Below, piece after piece: positions 29,827-37,183 of a stretch of DNA of 64,000 nt. The stretch comes from Candidatus Omnitrophota bacterium (GTDB lineage: Bacteria > Omnitrophota > Gorgyraeia > Duberdicusellales > 4484-171). A program made the position numbers and the translations under genes. Each line of letters begins with the position of its first letter. The stretch's first letter is position 1. The notes beneath the pieces are model-generated. The model made no database searches and had not been told where the DNA came from. It saw nothing but the letters and a program-made list of their open reading frames with translations. The stretch is from NCBI GenBank assembly GCA_016935525.1, contig JAFGQU010000021.1, forward strand, positions 15,028 through 79,027, written 5' to 3'.

Positions 29827-29975
29827 CTTGTTCTCCCCGGATTTGATTATACTCTCGTTTACGGGAATTGATAGGATTACTTACACCCGTTCCCTTATCC
29901 GGGTAGGACTTCCCTTTTGGAAGTTTCTGCTCCCCGGGGTAGGACATATGCGGCGTCACGCGGATTGATGATGTG

Positions 29976-30305
29976 TTACACCTGACAGCCACACTTTTTG
30001 TTCATTAATATCTTTATTTGCTTTTTACGAGAATCGATGAATACATTCTGCTTCCTGGAACCGGTCGCGAGTTTACGGTTGAGATCACTATAATGGTTAT
30101 ATCCTCTGCTTTTCATTTCGGCAACGAGTGCTTGATGTCGTGCATACAAAGCCGCTAATTTGCCTTTCCATCTAAGGGTCTCGGGATGTTTAGAGTATCC
30201 TTTTTTATTCTTAGTTAAGATCGACCATATCGCGTGCAGTTCTCTATGTTCGCCAAGAAGATGGTTACGACAAAGTTTTTTTGGAGAAATATCCCAGATC
30301 CTCAT
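29976..30305 (-). CDS. Pyrimidine-dimer DNA glycosylase / endonuclease V-like protein
   Basis: MRIW...LLGEHRELHA, HPETLRW, EMKSRGYNH. Confidence 0.85.
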   Translation of the reverse strand: MRIWDISPKKLCRNHLLGEHRELHAIWSILTKNKKGYSKHPETLRWKGKLAALYARHQALVAEMKSRGYNHYSDLNRKLATGSRKQNVFIDSRKKQIKILMNKKCGCQV

Positions 30306-30406
30306 AATGTTATTCGTTATTTTCTAAAAGAAAACCTTCTGCCCTCTCTTATATCACAGAGATCTAAAGAGTGCAACTTCGGGGGTAGAACACGGAAAAG
30401 CTATTC

Positions 30407-30435
30407 TTGACGCTATAATCCAAATGGGCTATAAT
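30407..30435 (+). promoter_or_regulatory. Sigma70-type promoter upstream of tRNA-Asn
   Basis: TTGACG, 17-nt spacer, TATAAT. Confidence 0.8.
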
Positions 30436-30510
30436 ACGGTTCTTATAAAGGTAGCAGAACTGTAAGAGTCACCTTCGTTCTTGCATAAAATCGACTAAAC
30501 GTGTAAAAAT

Positions 30511-30608
30511 TCCCCGGTAGCTCCCCGAGCGGGATACTCGGGATTAATTCAATTAAGCATTTTTCCTCGTTCACAGTCGAAAAATGCAAGTTTCATTGAA
30601 CAGTCGGT
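30511..30608 (+). other. Duplicated tRNA-Asn 5' end interrupted by a 78-bp double-hairpin insert
   Basis: TCCCCGGTAGCT (30511-30522) + insert (30523-30600) + CAGTCGGT (30601-30608) reconstitutes the first 20 nt of the tRNA. Confidence 0.75.
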
Positions 30609-30659
30609 CACCCTCCTTCGCTACCGGAAAAAGCGGAGGAAGCAATGACCTGCATTAAT

Positions 30660-30736
30660 TCCCCGGTAGCTCAGTCGGTATGAGCAACTGACTGTTAATC
30701 AGTGGGTCGTAGGTTCGAGCCCTACCCGGGGAGCCA
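30660..30736 (+). tRNA. tRNA-Asn (GTT)
   Basis: TCCCCGG/CCGGGGA acceptor stem, anticodon arm ACTGA-CTGTTAA-TCAGT, GGTTCGAGCC T-arm, encoded CCA. Confidence 0.96.
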
Positions 30737-30739
30737 TGA

Positions 30740-30780
30740 TAAAAACACCCCCTCTCTTTATGAGAGGGGGTTATTTTTTA
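30740..30780 (+). terminator. Intrinsic terminator after tRNA-Asn
   Basis: ACCCCCTCTC-TTTAT-GAGAGGGGGT followed by TATTTTTT. Confidence 0.85.
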
Positions 30781-31185
30781 TCATATGGTTTCCTCCGGAG
30801 GATCGAACCTTGTGCCATGGAAGGCACAAGGGGATGAACTGCGGAGCGAAGCGACCATGAGGTTTGCTCCCTTGGCAGTCCGCGCGAGTCCGACTTTGTC
30901 GGACGGAGCTGCGCGCCCTACCCGGGGAGCCAGAATAAAATATCCCTCGCCCTTTTTGGGTGAGGGATTTTTATTTCTGACCCTGTGTCGGGTCGAACCT
31001 TGGAGGCGAACCCGACAAGGTGATGAACTGCGGAGCGAAGCGACCATGAGGTTTCTTGCCTTGGCAGTCCGCGCGAGTCCGACTTTGTCGGACGGAGCTG
31101 CGCGCCCTACCCGAGGAGCCGTGACAAAAATACCCCCTCTCGTTATGAGAGGGGGTATTTTTGTGTCGTATGGGTTTCCCTCGGT
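30781..31185 (+). repeat. tRNA-linked tandem repeat: two ~190-bp units, each ending in the tRNA 3' end plus a terminator
   Basis: Near-identical ~100-bp cores ending GCCCTACCCG(G/A)GGAGCC at 30915-30931 and 31104-31120. Confidence 0.9.
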
Positions 31186-31267
31186 ACGCGTGAGGTCCCC
31201 TTTTAAATTCTTTTTCCTTAACCAAAATAATTGTGTTATAATCATTTTCCACACGTAAGGAGGTGAT

Positions 31268-31897
31268 ATGAAATTTGCCTTATTATTGTTACTTCTCTTC
31301 CTTTTCGGCCAACCGGCCGGGGCCCAGAATAAAGCTTACTTGAAAGACGGTAAGATCGTCGTCGAGACGCCCGAAGGCGCCCGTCAACTCGATTATTCGG
31401 CCGATAAAGACGAAACCCGTTACGAGGTGACTAGTCCCGCCGGAAAAAGCTGGAGCGTGCAGAGTGACACAAAAAAGGTGGATGAAGCACTCGGCGTCTA
31501 TATGGAAAAAGGCACCCCGTTATATGAAAAAAACGTGATCATTACCGACGAAGCCGACGGGACTCAAACGATCCATGTCGATTACATCACTAAAAACGAA
31601 AACGAAACAATGCTCTTCTCTCCCGACGGTAATTACGCCTATTACCTGACGACGGCCGAAGACGGGAAAAACAGTATTTACGGGATCAATCTACTTACCA
31701 ATAAAACGTTCTTTATCAGTACGGCAAGCGATTACCGGCTAATCACCTGTACCAACGACCGGACATACCTTGCGTTACGGGCCGGGATAAACAGTACTCT
31801 CTTTATGATCTACGATCTTTCGGGCACCAAAATGGGGTCGGTAGAAAGTACCGACGGATTTTCAGGTATACAGAACGATTTTTGTTTCTCGTTGTAA
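31268..31897 (+). CDS. Hypothetical exported protein (beta-rich, FSPDG motif)
   Basis: Signal peptide, AAGGAGGTG SD, 209 aa. Confidence 0.8.
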   Translation: MKFALLLLLLFLFGQPAGAQNKAYLKDGKIVVETPEGARQLDYSADKDETRYEVTSPAGKSWSVQSDTKKVDEALGVYMEKGTPLYEKNVIITDEADGTQTIHVDYITKNENETMLFSPDGNYAYYLTTAEDGKNSIYGINLLTNKTFFISTASDYRLITCTNDRTYLALRAGINSTLFMIYDLSGTKMGSVESTDGFSGIQNDFCFSL

Positions 31898-31913
31898 AGA
31901 AAGGAGCAGGAAG

Positions 31914-32810
31914 ATGAACCGCAAAACTTTTATTTTTACGCTTATCTTCTGCCTGGCCGTAACGGGCATAAGTTTTGCCGCGGGTTTAAAGAAAACCGTG
32001 GCGGTATTCGAATTCGAGAACGATTCGGGATTCACTACCTGGGCGAAAATGGGTGAAGATTTTTCCGACCAGCTTACCGACTCACTGATGCAAAGCGGCG
32101 GATTTATCGTCCTTTCCCGTAAAGACCTTGATGTGGTCATGGCTGAACAGGATCTTGCCGCCAGTAACCGGTTCGCAAAAGCTAAAGCGGCTCAAACCGG
32201 GAAAATCGTACCGGCCCAGATCCTGGTAAAAGGTAAGATCACCGATTTCGAAGAAAATACCTCCGGTTCCGGACAGGGGTTAAGCATTAAAGGGATTTCG
32301 ATCGGGACAAAAAGTTCCGCGGTAAGTATCGGCGTGATCGTCCAGTTGATCGATTCCACTACCGGAGAAGTGCTCGCATCAAAAAGGATCGACGGCGAGG
32401 CAAAATCGGGCGGATTATCGTTAGGATATTCCGGCGCCTGGGATTTCGGTTCATCGAACTTCAAGAAAACACCGGTCGGGAAAGCCGTACAGATGGCAAT
32501 CGACCGGGCGGTCGCCTATATCGCGAAAGAACTTTCCTCTGTTGCCTGGAGCGCGAAAGTGATTACGGTCAAAGACGGCACGATCTTCATCAATGCCGGA
32601 AGTAATGCCGGGGTAAATTCCGGTGATACGTTTACCCTCTACAGCGAAGGTGAAGCCCTGATCGATCCCGATACCGGGATGAATTTAGGAAGTGACCGGA
32701 AGAAGCTGGGAATGATCGTCATATCTTCCGTACAGGAAAAATTCTCGAAAGCTACCACCAGCGGCTTTAATATCGATCAGGTGTCGGTGGGCGACGTTGT
32801 CTTAAAATAG
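31914..32810 (+). CDS. CsgG/HfaB-family protein with FlgT-like C-terminal domain
   Basis: VAVFEFEN, F.VLSR..LD.VMAEQDL, KGKITDF, IDSTTGEV, INAGSNAGV..GD.F, IDPDTG. Confidence 0.88.
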   Translation: MNRKTFIFTLIFCLAVTGISFAAGLKKTVAVFEFENDSGFTTWAKMGEDFSDQLTDSLMQSGGFIVLSRKDLDVVMAEQDLAASNRFAKAKAAQTGKIVPAQILVKGKITDFEENTSGSGQGLSIKGISIGTKSSAVSIGVIVQLIDSTTGEVLASKRIDGEAKSGGLSLGYSGAWDFGSSNFKKTPVGKAVQMAIDRAVAYIAKELSSVAWSAKVITVKDGTIFINAGSNAGVNSGDTFTLYSEGEALIDPDTGMNLGSDRKKLGMIVISSVQEKFSKATTSGFNIDQVSVGDVVLK

Positions 32811-32884
32811 GAAAAATGCGTTCGCATATTTTCCTGATTACAACGATTAAAGACGGATTACGGTGACAATAAAGGAGAAAAAAC

Positions 32885-33079
32885 ATGTACGTAAAAAGTA
32901 TTTTTTTCTGTATTCTCGCCACACTGTTGCTGACCGGATGCGAAACCGCGCAAAAAGCGACGACCGAAACCGGTCGGTATATCGGTAAAGGCGCGAACGT
33001 GGTCGGCGGAATCACCGCCGGCGGGGCCGAAGCGGTAAAAGGCGAAGAGACCAGCGAAGAGAATCCTTACGCCCGATAA
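32885..33079 (+). CDS. Small lipoprotein
   Basis: Lipobox LLTGC; AAGGAG SD. Confidence 0.82.
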   Translation: MYVKSIFFCILATLLLTGCETAQKATTETGRYIGKGANVVGGITAGGAEAVKGEETSEENPYAR

Positions 33080-33099
33080 TATTGTTAGTCACATGGGAA

Positions 33100-33158
33100 A
33101 TAGTCGATAGTCAATAGTCCATGATCCGTAGACCATAGACCGGAAACTAGAGACTGTA
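33100..33158. repeat. Bipartite heptamer element (opposite strand to the 4841/9487/11096 copies)
   Basis: TAGTCGATAGTCAATAGTCC...TAGACCATAGACC...AGAGACTGTA. Confidence 0.82.
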
Positions 33159-33215
33159 TCCCCTCTATCCGCTCATTGATCCCTTATGGTATAATATCCC
33201 AAAAAGGAGGCTGAT

Positions 33216-33470
33216 ATGGAAGAACAGGAGATCGGAATAGTCGACCATTTCTTTAACAAGATCTCGGTCGGGATGATCAAATTGAGTGACGTACTGAAAG
33301 TAGGCGATACGATCCATATTAAAGGAAAACAGACGGATTTTTCTCAAAAAGTCGAATCGATGCGGATAGAATTCGATAGTGTGAATGAAGCAAAATCAGG
33401 CGATAAGGTCGGTATCAAAGTGTCCCAGCCGCTCCATTCCAACGATACCGTGTATAAAGTGACCGTTTAG
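33216..33470 (+). CDS. Small translation-factor-like beta-barrel protein
   Basis: IGIVDHFFNKISVG, LKVGDTIHIKG, Q.VESM, GD.VGIKV; AGGAGG SD and TGGTATAAT -10 upstream. Confidence 0.85.
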   Translation: MEEQEIGIVDHFFNKISVGMIKLSDVLKVGDTIHIKGKQTDFSQKVESMRIEFDSVNEAKSGDKVGIKVSQPLHSNDTVYKVTV

Positions 33471-33502
33471 GAGATAGCCCGTACAATCACAGGAGAAAAA
33501 CC

Positions 33503-33625
33503 ATGAAAAGTCACGATATAAAAAAAGATGCGAAAAAGAAACCGCAGAAAACACTGAAAGAACGACAAGCCGAAAAACGGTTAAAACGGGAACAGGAAAA
33601 AACCGCACCGGGTTGGAATCAATAA
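33503..33625 (+). CDS. Small basic protein (40 aa; below the ORF-track cutoff)
   Basis: AGGAG SD; MKSHDIKKDAKKKPQKTLKERQAEKRLKREQEKTAPGWNQ. Confidence 0.72.
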   Translation: MKSHDIKKDAKKKPQKTLKERQAEKRLKREQEKTAPGWNQ

Positions 33626-33629
33626 CGAG

Positions 33630-33790
33630 AAAGCGGATAGCGACTAGCGGTCAGCGGATAGAGTGAAATAGGGAATTAGCAATGTCCAATTAACAATTAG
33701 CAGTTATCAATGAGAGAAAAAATAAGGAGGAAAACTCCGGATTTTAAGTTGATAATTGCTAAATGTTCATTTTGCATTAATCATTTATAT
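33630..33790. repeat. Heptamer repeats (AGCGGAT-type) plus an AT-rich inverted heptamer repeat
   Basis: AGCGGATAGCGACTAGCGGTCAGCGGATAG; CAATTAG/CAATTAA arm versus TAATTGC/TCATTTT arm. Confidence 0.7.
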
Positions 33791-33847
33791 TAGACGTGGT
33801 CTATGTGACGCGCTTGCCCCGTTGCGTAAACTCACGGAGTATCGTGT

Positions 33848-34180
33848 TTAACGGCCTTTACGGGCGGAATAAGCGAAGGGGAGAAAATAATTTTCCCATG
33901 ATTTGGGGGTGGACGAGTACTGATTCGTTCCGAAAAAGTAGTCGACTAACGCTTCTCTCATACGAGTAATCTCTTTAAGCCGCGGAAAAGTCTGCACATC
34001 AACAAGAGTCAAATCGATAAGTTCTAACGCCCGTTCGGCAGCTTGCCGACAATAAGCATGGTTCTCTTTTGATTGCCATCGGAGCGCCCGACTCACTTCA
34101 CTCCCGATATTCGCCATTTGTTCAAGAAACGGAATCTGTTGCCAACGGCCTTGCGCTAAATTTTTATGCTGATAATTCAT
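33848..34180 (-). CDS. Conserved hypothetical helical protein, partner of DUF5674
   Basis: EQMANIGSEVSRA, RALELIDLT, KEITRMRE; ATGA overlap with the upstream gene. Confidence 0.82.
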   Translation of the reverse strand: MNYQHKNLAQGRWQQIPFLEQMANIGSEVSRALRWQSKENHAYCRQAAERALELIDLTLVDVQTFPRLKEITRMREALVDYFFGTNQYSSTPKSWENYFLPFAYSARKGR

Positions 34181-34518
34181 GTTTTTATCCATTGAGAGAT
34201 GATTTCAACGATTTTCTTACGGGTCTGTTCATTCTCTACACTGCGGCTGCTATTGCCCTGAGCCGGACGCATATTGATCATCGAATCGTATTCAATAAAA
34301 TCTTCTTGCGGCATATCCGGATAAAGGTTGATTCCCCAAAGATTCTTTTGGTCTGCCCCATCGTCTAACAGTAATGCTTCTAAATCCGAATGCAGTTCGG
34401 CATCAAGCGCGACAATCCCCCGTTCAATATCGACAACCGCTTTCACCATGTTGCCGAACATTGCTCCGGATATCTTCCTGAGCTCTTCAATAGATAACAT
34501 GTCTCTGATGATTTTCAT
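34177..34518 (-). CDS. DUF5674-family protein
   Basis: VKAVVDI, ELHSDLEALLL, LWGINLYP, DSMINMRP. Confidence 0.88.
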   Translation of the reverse strand: MKIIRDMLSIEELRKISGAMFGNMVKAVVDIERGIVALDAELHSDLEALLLDDGADQKNLWGINLYPDMPQEDFIEYDSMINMRPAQGNSSRSVENEQTRKKIVEIISQWIKT

Positions 34519-34681
34519 GTCATTTTCCTTTAAAAATATCCGTCAATTATAATACCTGACTTACTCTATCCTTGCAAGGGAAAGAGTTCAGTCTATAATC
34601 TAGAGTATTTAATCTTTAGTGGAAAATTAATACATCAAAAAAAATAATGTAGACTGTCGACGGATGACGTAGGGCGAGTGT

Positions 34682-34870
34682 TTATCTCGTAGTGGTCGTT
34701 TTGTCTTCTTTTTTCTTCTTCCGCGGAGTGGCCGAGGTCGGCGGCAGGTCTTTATCGATCATGCGTTGATGGATGTTACAATATGCGTTTTCGTTGTACA
34801 TGCTCAACACGTTCTTACAGCCGTGATATTTGCAGATACGCCCTTTTTCGTATGAAGTGACTTTCTTGAT
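34682..34870 (-). CDS. Small Cys/His (putative zinc-binding) protein, apparent ATC start
   Basis: AAGGAGG SD then ATC AAG AAA...; KKVTSYEKGRICKYHGCKNVLSMYNENAYCNIHQ...; 62 codons. Confidence 0.65.
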   Translation of the reverse strand: MKKVTSYEKGRICKYHGCKNVLSMYNENAYCNIHQRMIDKDLPPTSATPRKKKKEDKTTTTR

Positions 34871-34945
34871 ACATCCTCCTTGGTTGCTTCAATTATACCA
34901 CTAAACACCTCCGTAAAGTAAACTATGTTCGATCTGCCGATCACG

Positions 34946-34977
34946 AAAAAAAAGCGGCGGGATATCCCGCCGCTTTT
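34946..34977. terminator. Intrinsic terminator (possibly bidirectional)
   Basis: AAAAGCGGCGGGATATCCCGCCGCTTTT. Confidence 0.85.
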
Positions 34978-35004
34978 GTCTCATCGCAGATAACCCGGCC
35001 GATA

Positions 35005-35529
35005 TTATTTCATCGTCTTAGAAGGCACCTGTATCGGCGGTTTAGGAACTGCCGGTTGCGATGTCGGCGTAGTTCCCGGTTTCATCGATGAAGATGTTGA
35101 GGGCATCGGCGGTTTTGCGGGAGTCGCCGGGATCGCCGAACTCGTCGGCATCACTGGTTGCGGTCGGACCGTAACCGGTCTTACCATTTTTTGAGTCTTC
35201 GCTTTCAGCGAACTTACTTTTTTCCTCCCGAACAGCCCGGCACTGTACTCTAAAGAAACCTGATCATCGGGCATTAACGCGGCGATATCCATTTTCTTTC
35301 CGTCTTTCTCGATCGGGGTCGATCGGTTCAGTTTGAACACGATCTCTTGTGCATCTTTGGCATCGGGCTGTACGGTGATAGTCGATTTTTCCGTATCGAT
35401 CACCGTGATCTTTCCGGCTACCTTTTCTACGGTCGCCGCTGCAGCCAGGATTTCGGGAGACGAAAACCCTCCGCCTACCAATCCTGCTACCAGGACCAGA
35501 ATCAACCAGAATCTTACCTCACCTCGCAT
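35005..35529 (-). CDS. Hypothetical exported protein, OB-like domain plus Pro/Ser/Thr-rich tail
   Basis: N-terminal hydrophobic helix, VAGKITVID..TITV, D.V.LEY, low-complexity C-terminus. Confidence 0.8.
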   Translation of the reverse strand: MRGEVRFWLILVLVAGLVGGGFSSPEILAAAATVEKVAGKITVIDTEKSTITVQPDAKDAQEIVFKLNRSTPIEKDGKKMDIAALMPDDQVSLEYSAGLFGRKKVSSLKAKTQKMVRPVTVRPQPVMPTSSAIPATPAKPPMPSTSSSMKPGTTPTSQPAVPKPPIQVPSKTMK

Positions 35530-35842
35530 ATTCCCCACCCTCCTTCCTTAAGAGCCTCTTTATGCACTCATCCTGATTTTGCCGCCGCAGAAGAGACTCT
35601 TTCCCTTTAATAAGGCGGCTTTTTTACTGTTTGTATCCGAATACAGTATACTCTCCGCACACAAAAGGAACATAGAAAAAGAAACTATTTTTTCGTTCGA
35701 CACGTCTATTCGATTTTATGGAAACCGCCTGTTTAACCGCTTGCTGAACAAGGGGTTATAAACCCTATTTCTCTTGCAGACAAAAACCCTTGAGGTACAA
35801 TCTATCTTAGATCATACAGTCCATAAAAACAAAGAGATTCCC

Positions 35843-35995
35843 ATGACAATACAATACCTGTTATCGAATAATATGGTTCTACGTGACATCATTTTACAGG
35901 ATCAGTCCAGCACTGATGACCGCACCCACCTGATCCATTATTATTACCTTACCCATTCCAGTAAGAGCCCCCCTGTGTTTCTCTCTCTTTTCTAA
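35843..35995 (+). CDS. Candidate leader peptide ending ...SSKSPP...
   Basis: 50-aa ORF after a TTGCAG-16-TACAAT promoter candidate; weak SD. Confidence 0.35.
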   Translation: MTIQYLLSNNMVLRDIILQDQSSTDDRTHLIHYYYLTHSSKSPPVFLSLF

Positions 35996-36046
35996 TGTGC
36001 CGCTCCTGGTACACAAAAAAACACGTCAGTATAAAGAAGGAAACTT

Positions 36047-36406
36047 ATGAGAATTTTAATATCTTTAATCAGTCTCGCTCTTGCTGTGTTCCTCTGTGTG
36101 GGCTGGAGCCAGATGGGGAACGACCAGCAACCCACACCACAGGTGAAAACACAAAAAATAGATGCAAAACAGATCCTGAAAGATTCTGAAGGAATCGTGA
36201 CGGAAATATCGCCCCAGGAGATCGTCATTGAAAAAGAAGATTATACCGGAGAAGAAGAAAGTTATACGATCGATCCTCAGGTAAAAATCGAATCTACCGA
36301 TTCACTTGACGATATCGGAGTCGGCGATATGGTCTCGGTAAAATACGTAACGGATAAAGATAAAAAAATCGTAAAAGTGATCCGGGTCGAAGAATTCAAT
36401 CACTGA
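36047..36406 (+). CDS. Hypothetical exported protein (OB-like domain)
   Basis: Signal peptide, EGIVTEIS, IGVGDMVSVKY; AAGGA SD. Confidence 0.8.
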   Translation: MRILISLISLALAVFLCVGWSQMGNDQQPTPQVKTQKIDAKQILKDSEGIVTEISPQEIVIEKEDYTGEEESYTIDPQVKIESTDSLDDIGVGDMVSVKYVTDKDKKIVKVIRVEEFNH

Positions 36407-36461
36407 TCAGCGAAACCGGTAGCGGGATATACCTTATAGAGAGAAATAAAAAGGAGCCTAT

Positions 36462-36659
36462 ATGGAAACGTTCAGTGACCTGCAGAGATCGAAATATTCA
36501 CAGGAAGATCTCGATAAAATACGTACCAAAGCATATTATATCTGGGAACAGAAGGGAAAACCGACGACAGAAAGCGCGTTAGATCACTGGTTACAAGCCG
36601 AACGGGAACTGCGCCGGGCCGGTATGATCTCAAAAAAAGAGAGTAAAAAAGGGTTCTAA
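36462..36659 (+). CDS. DUF2934-family protein
   Basis: IRTKAYYIWEQKGKP...DHWLQAEREL. Confidence 0.9.
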   Translation: METFSDLQRSKYSQEDLDKIRTKAYYIWEQKGKPTTESALDHWLQAERELRRAGMISKKESKKGF

Positions 36660-36697
36660 CAATATCATACTATCCGAAAAAGAAATGAGGTAATACC

Positions 36698-36778
36698 ATG
36701 ATAAACAAATTCGATAAGAAAAAACCGCTCTCACCACAACCACCACAACCGGGCCAATCTAAACCATGTTGCTCATAG
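36698..36778 (+). CDS. Candidate 26-aa peptide ending PCCS
   Basis: GAGG SD 7 nt upstream; MINKFDKKKPLSPQPPQPGQSKPCCS; followed by a strong hairpin. Confidence 0.5.
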   Translation: MINKFDKKKPLSPQPPQPGQSKPCCS

Positions 36779-36787
36779 ATCACAAAA

Positions 36788-36824
36788 GATATATGGAGCA
36801 GGATTTTTTCCTGCTCCATATATC
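36788..36824. terminator. 16-bp-stem hairpin, probable terminator
   Basis: GATATATGGAGCAGGA-TTTTT-TCCTGCTCCATATATC. Confidence 0.75.
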
Positions 36825-36892
36825 AATATTTTATGAACTATATCGCGAATAACGGTTACATAAAGGGAAACGGCACCGTCCGTTCTCTATGT

Positions 36893-37165
36893 ATGGAAAA
36901 ACTTAAAGAAAAATCTCAAATAAAAAAAGAACAGATAAAACCGTCTTGTGAAGCGAAACTCATCGTACCGGCTGACGCCTATCAAACTCCGGTCAGTTAT
37001 AGCGTAGGCTGGCTCACTCTTGTGATGGCGTGTATCCCGATCCTGTTCGGCCTGGTAGAAGGAAAAAAGACCGCTCTCGGGATCGGACTGATTCTTATTG
37101 CGATCAGCGTAATAGCTTTTGCGATAGGGTACCGACATAACAAGTCCAAGAAAACACAAAAATAG
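36893..37165 (+). CDS. Hypothetical two-TM membrane protein
   Basis: Two hydrophobic helices and a basic tail; start 36893 or 36833. Confidence 0.65.
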   Translation: MEKLKEKSQIKKEQIKPSCEAKLIVPADAYQTPVSYSVGWLTLVMACIPILFGLVEGKKTALGIGLILIAISVIAFAIGYRHNKSKKTQK

Positions 37166-37183
37166 AGAAAGACATCGCGTGCG

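Noticed and set aside
28095-29975. c-di-GMP riboswitch near the diguanylate cyclase (GGGCAAAAC at ~28330; leader at 29830-29975)
   Set aside because: No GAAA tetraloop/receptor pair or GACGCAAAGC core on either strand.
30719-31121. tRNA 3' duplicates as attL/attR of a prophage or ICE
   Set aside because: Copies are only about 190 bp apart and no integrase or phage gene is present.
30781-31258. ORFs of 157/157/93 aa over the tRNA-linked repeats
   Set aside because: They are translations of the GC-rich repeat on both strands, with internal duplication and no SD or recognisable domain.
35579-35995. Single read-through gene across the TAA at 35759-35761
   Set aside because: The upstream part lacks an SD and protein-like features, and overlaps the divergent promoter region.
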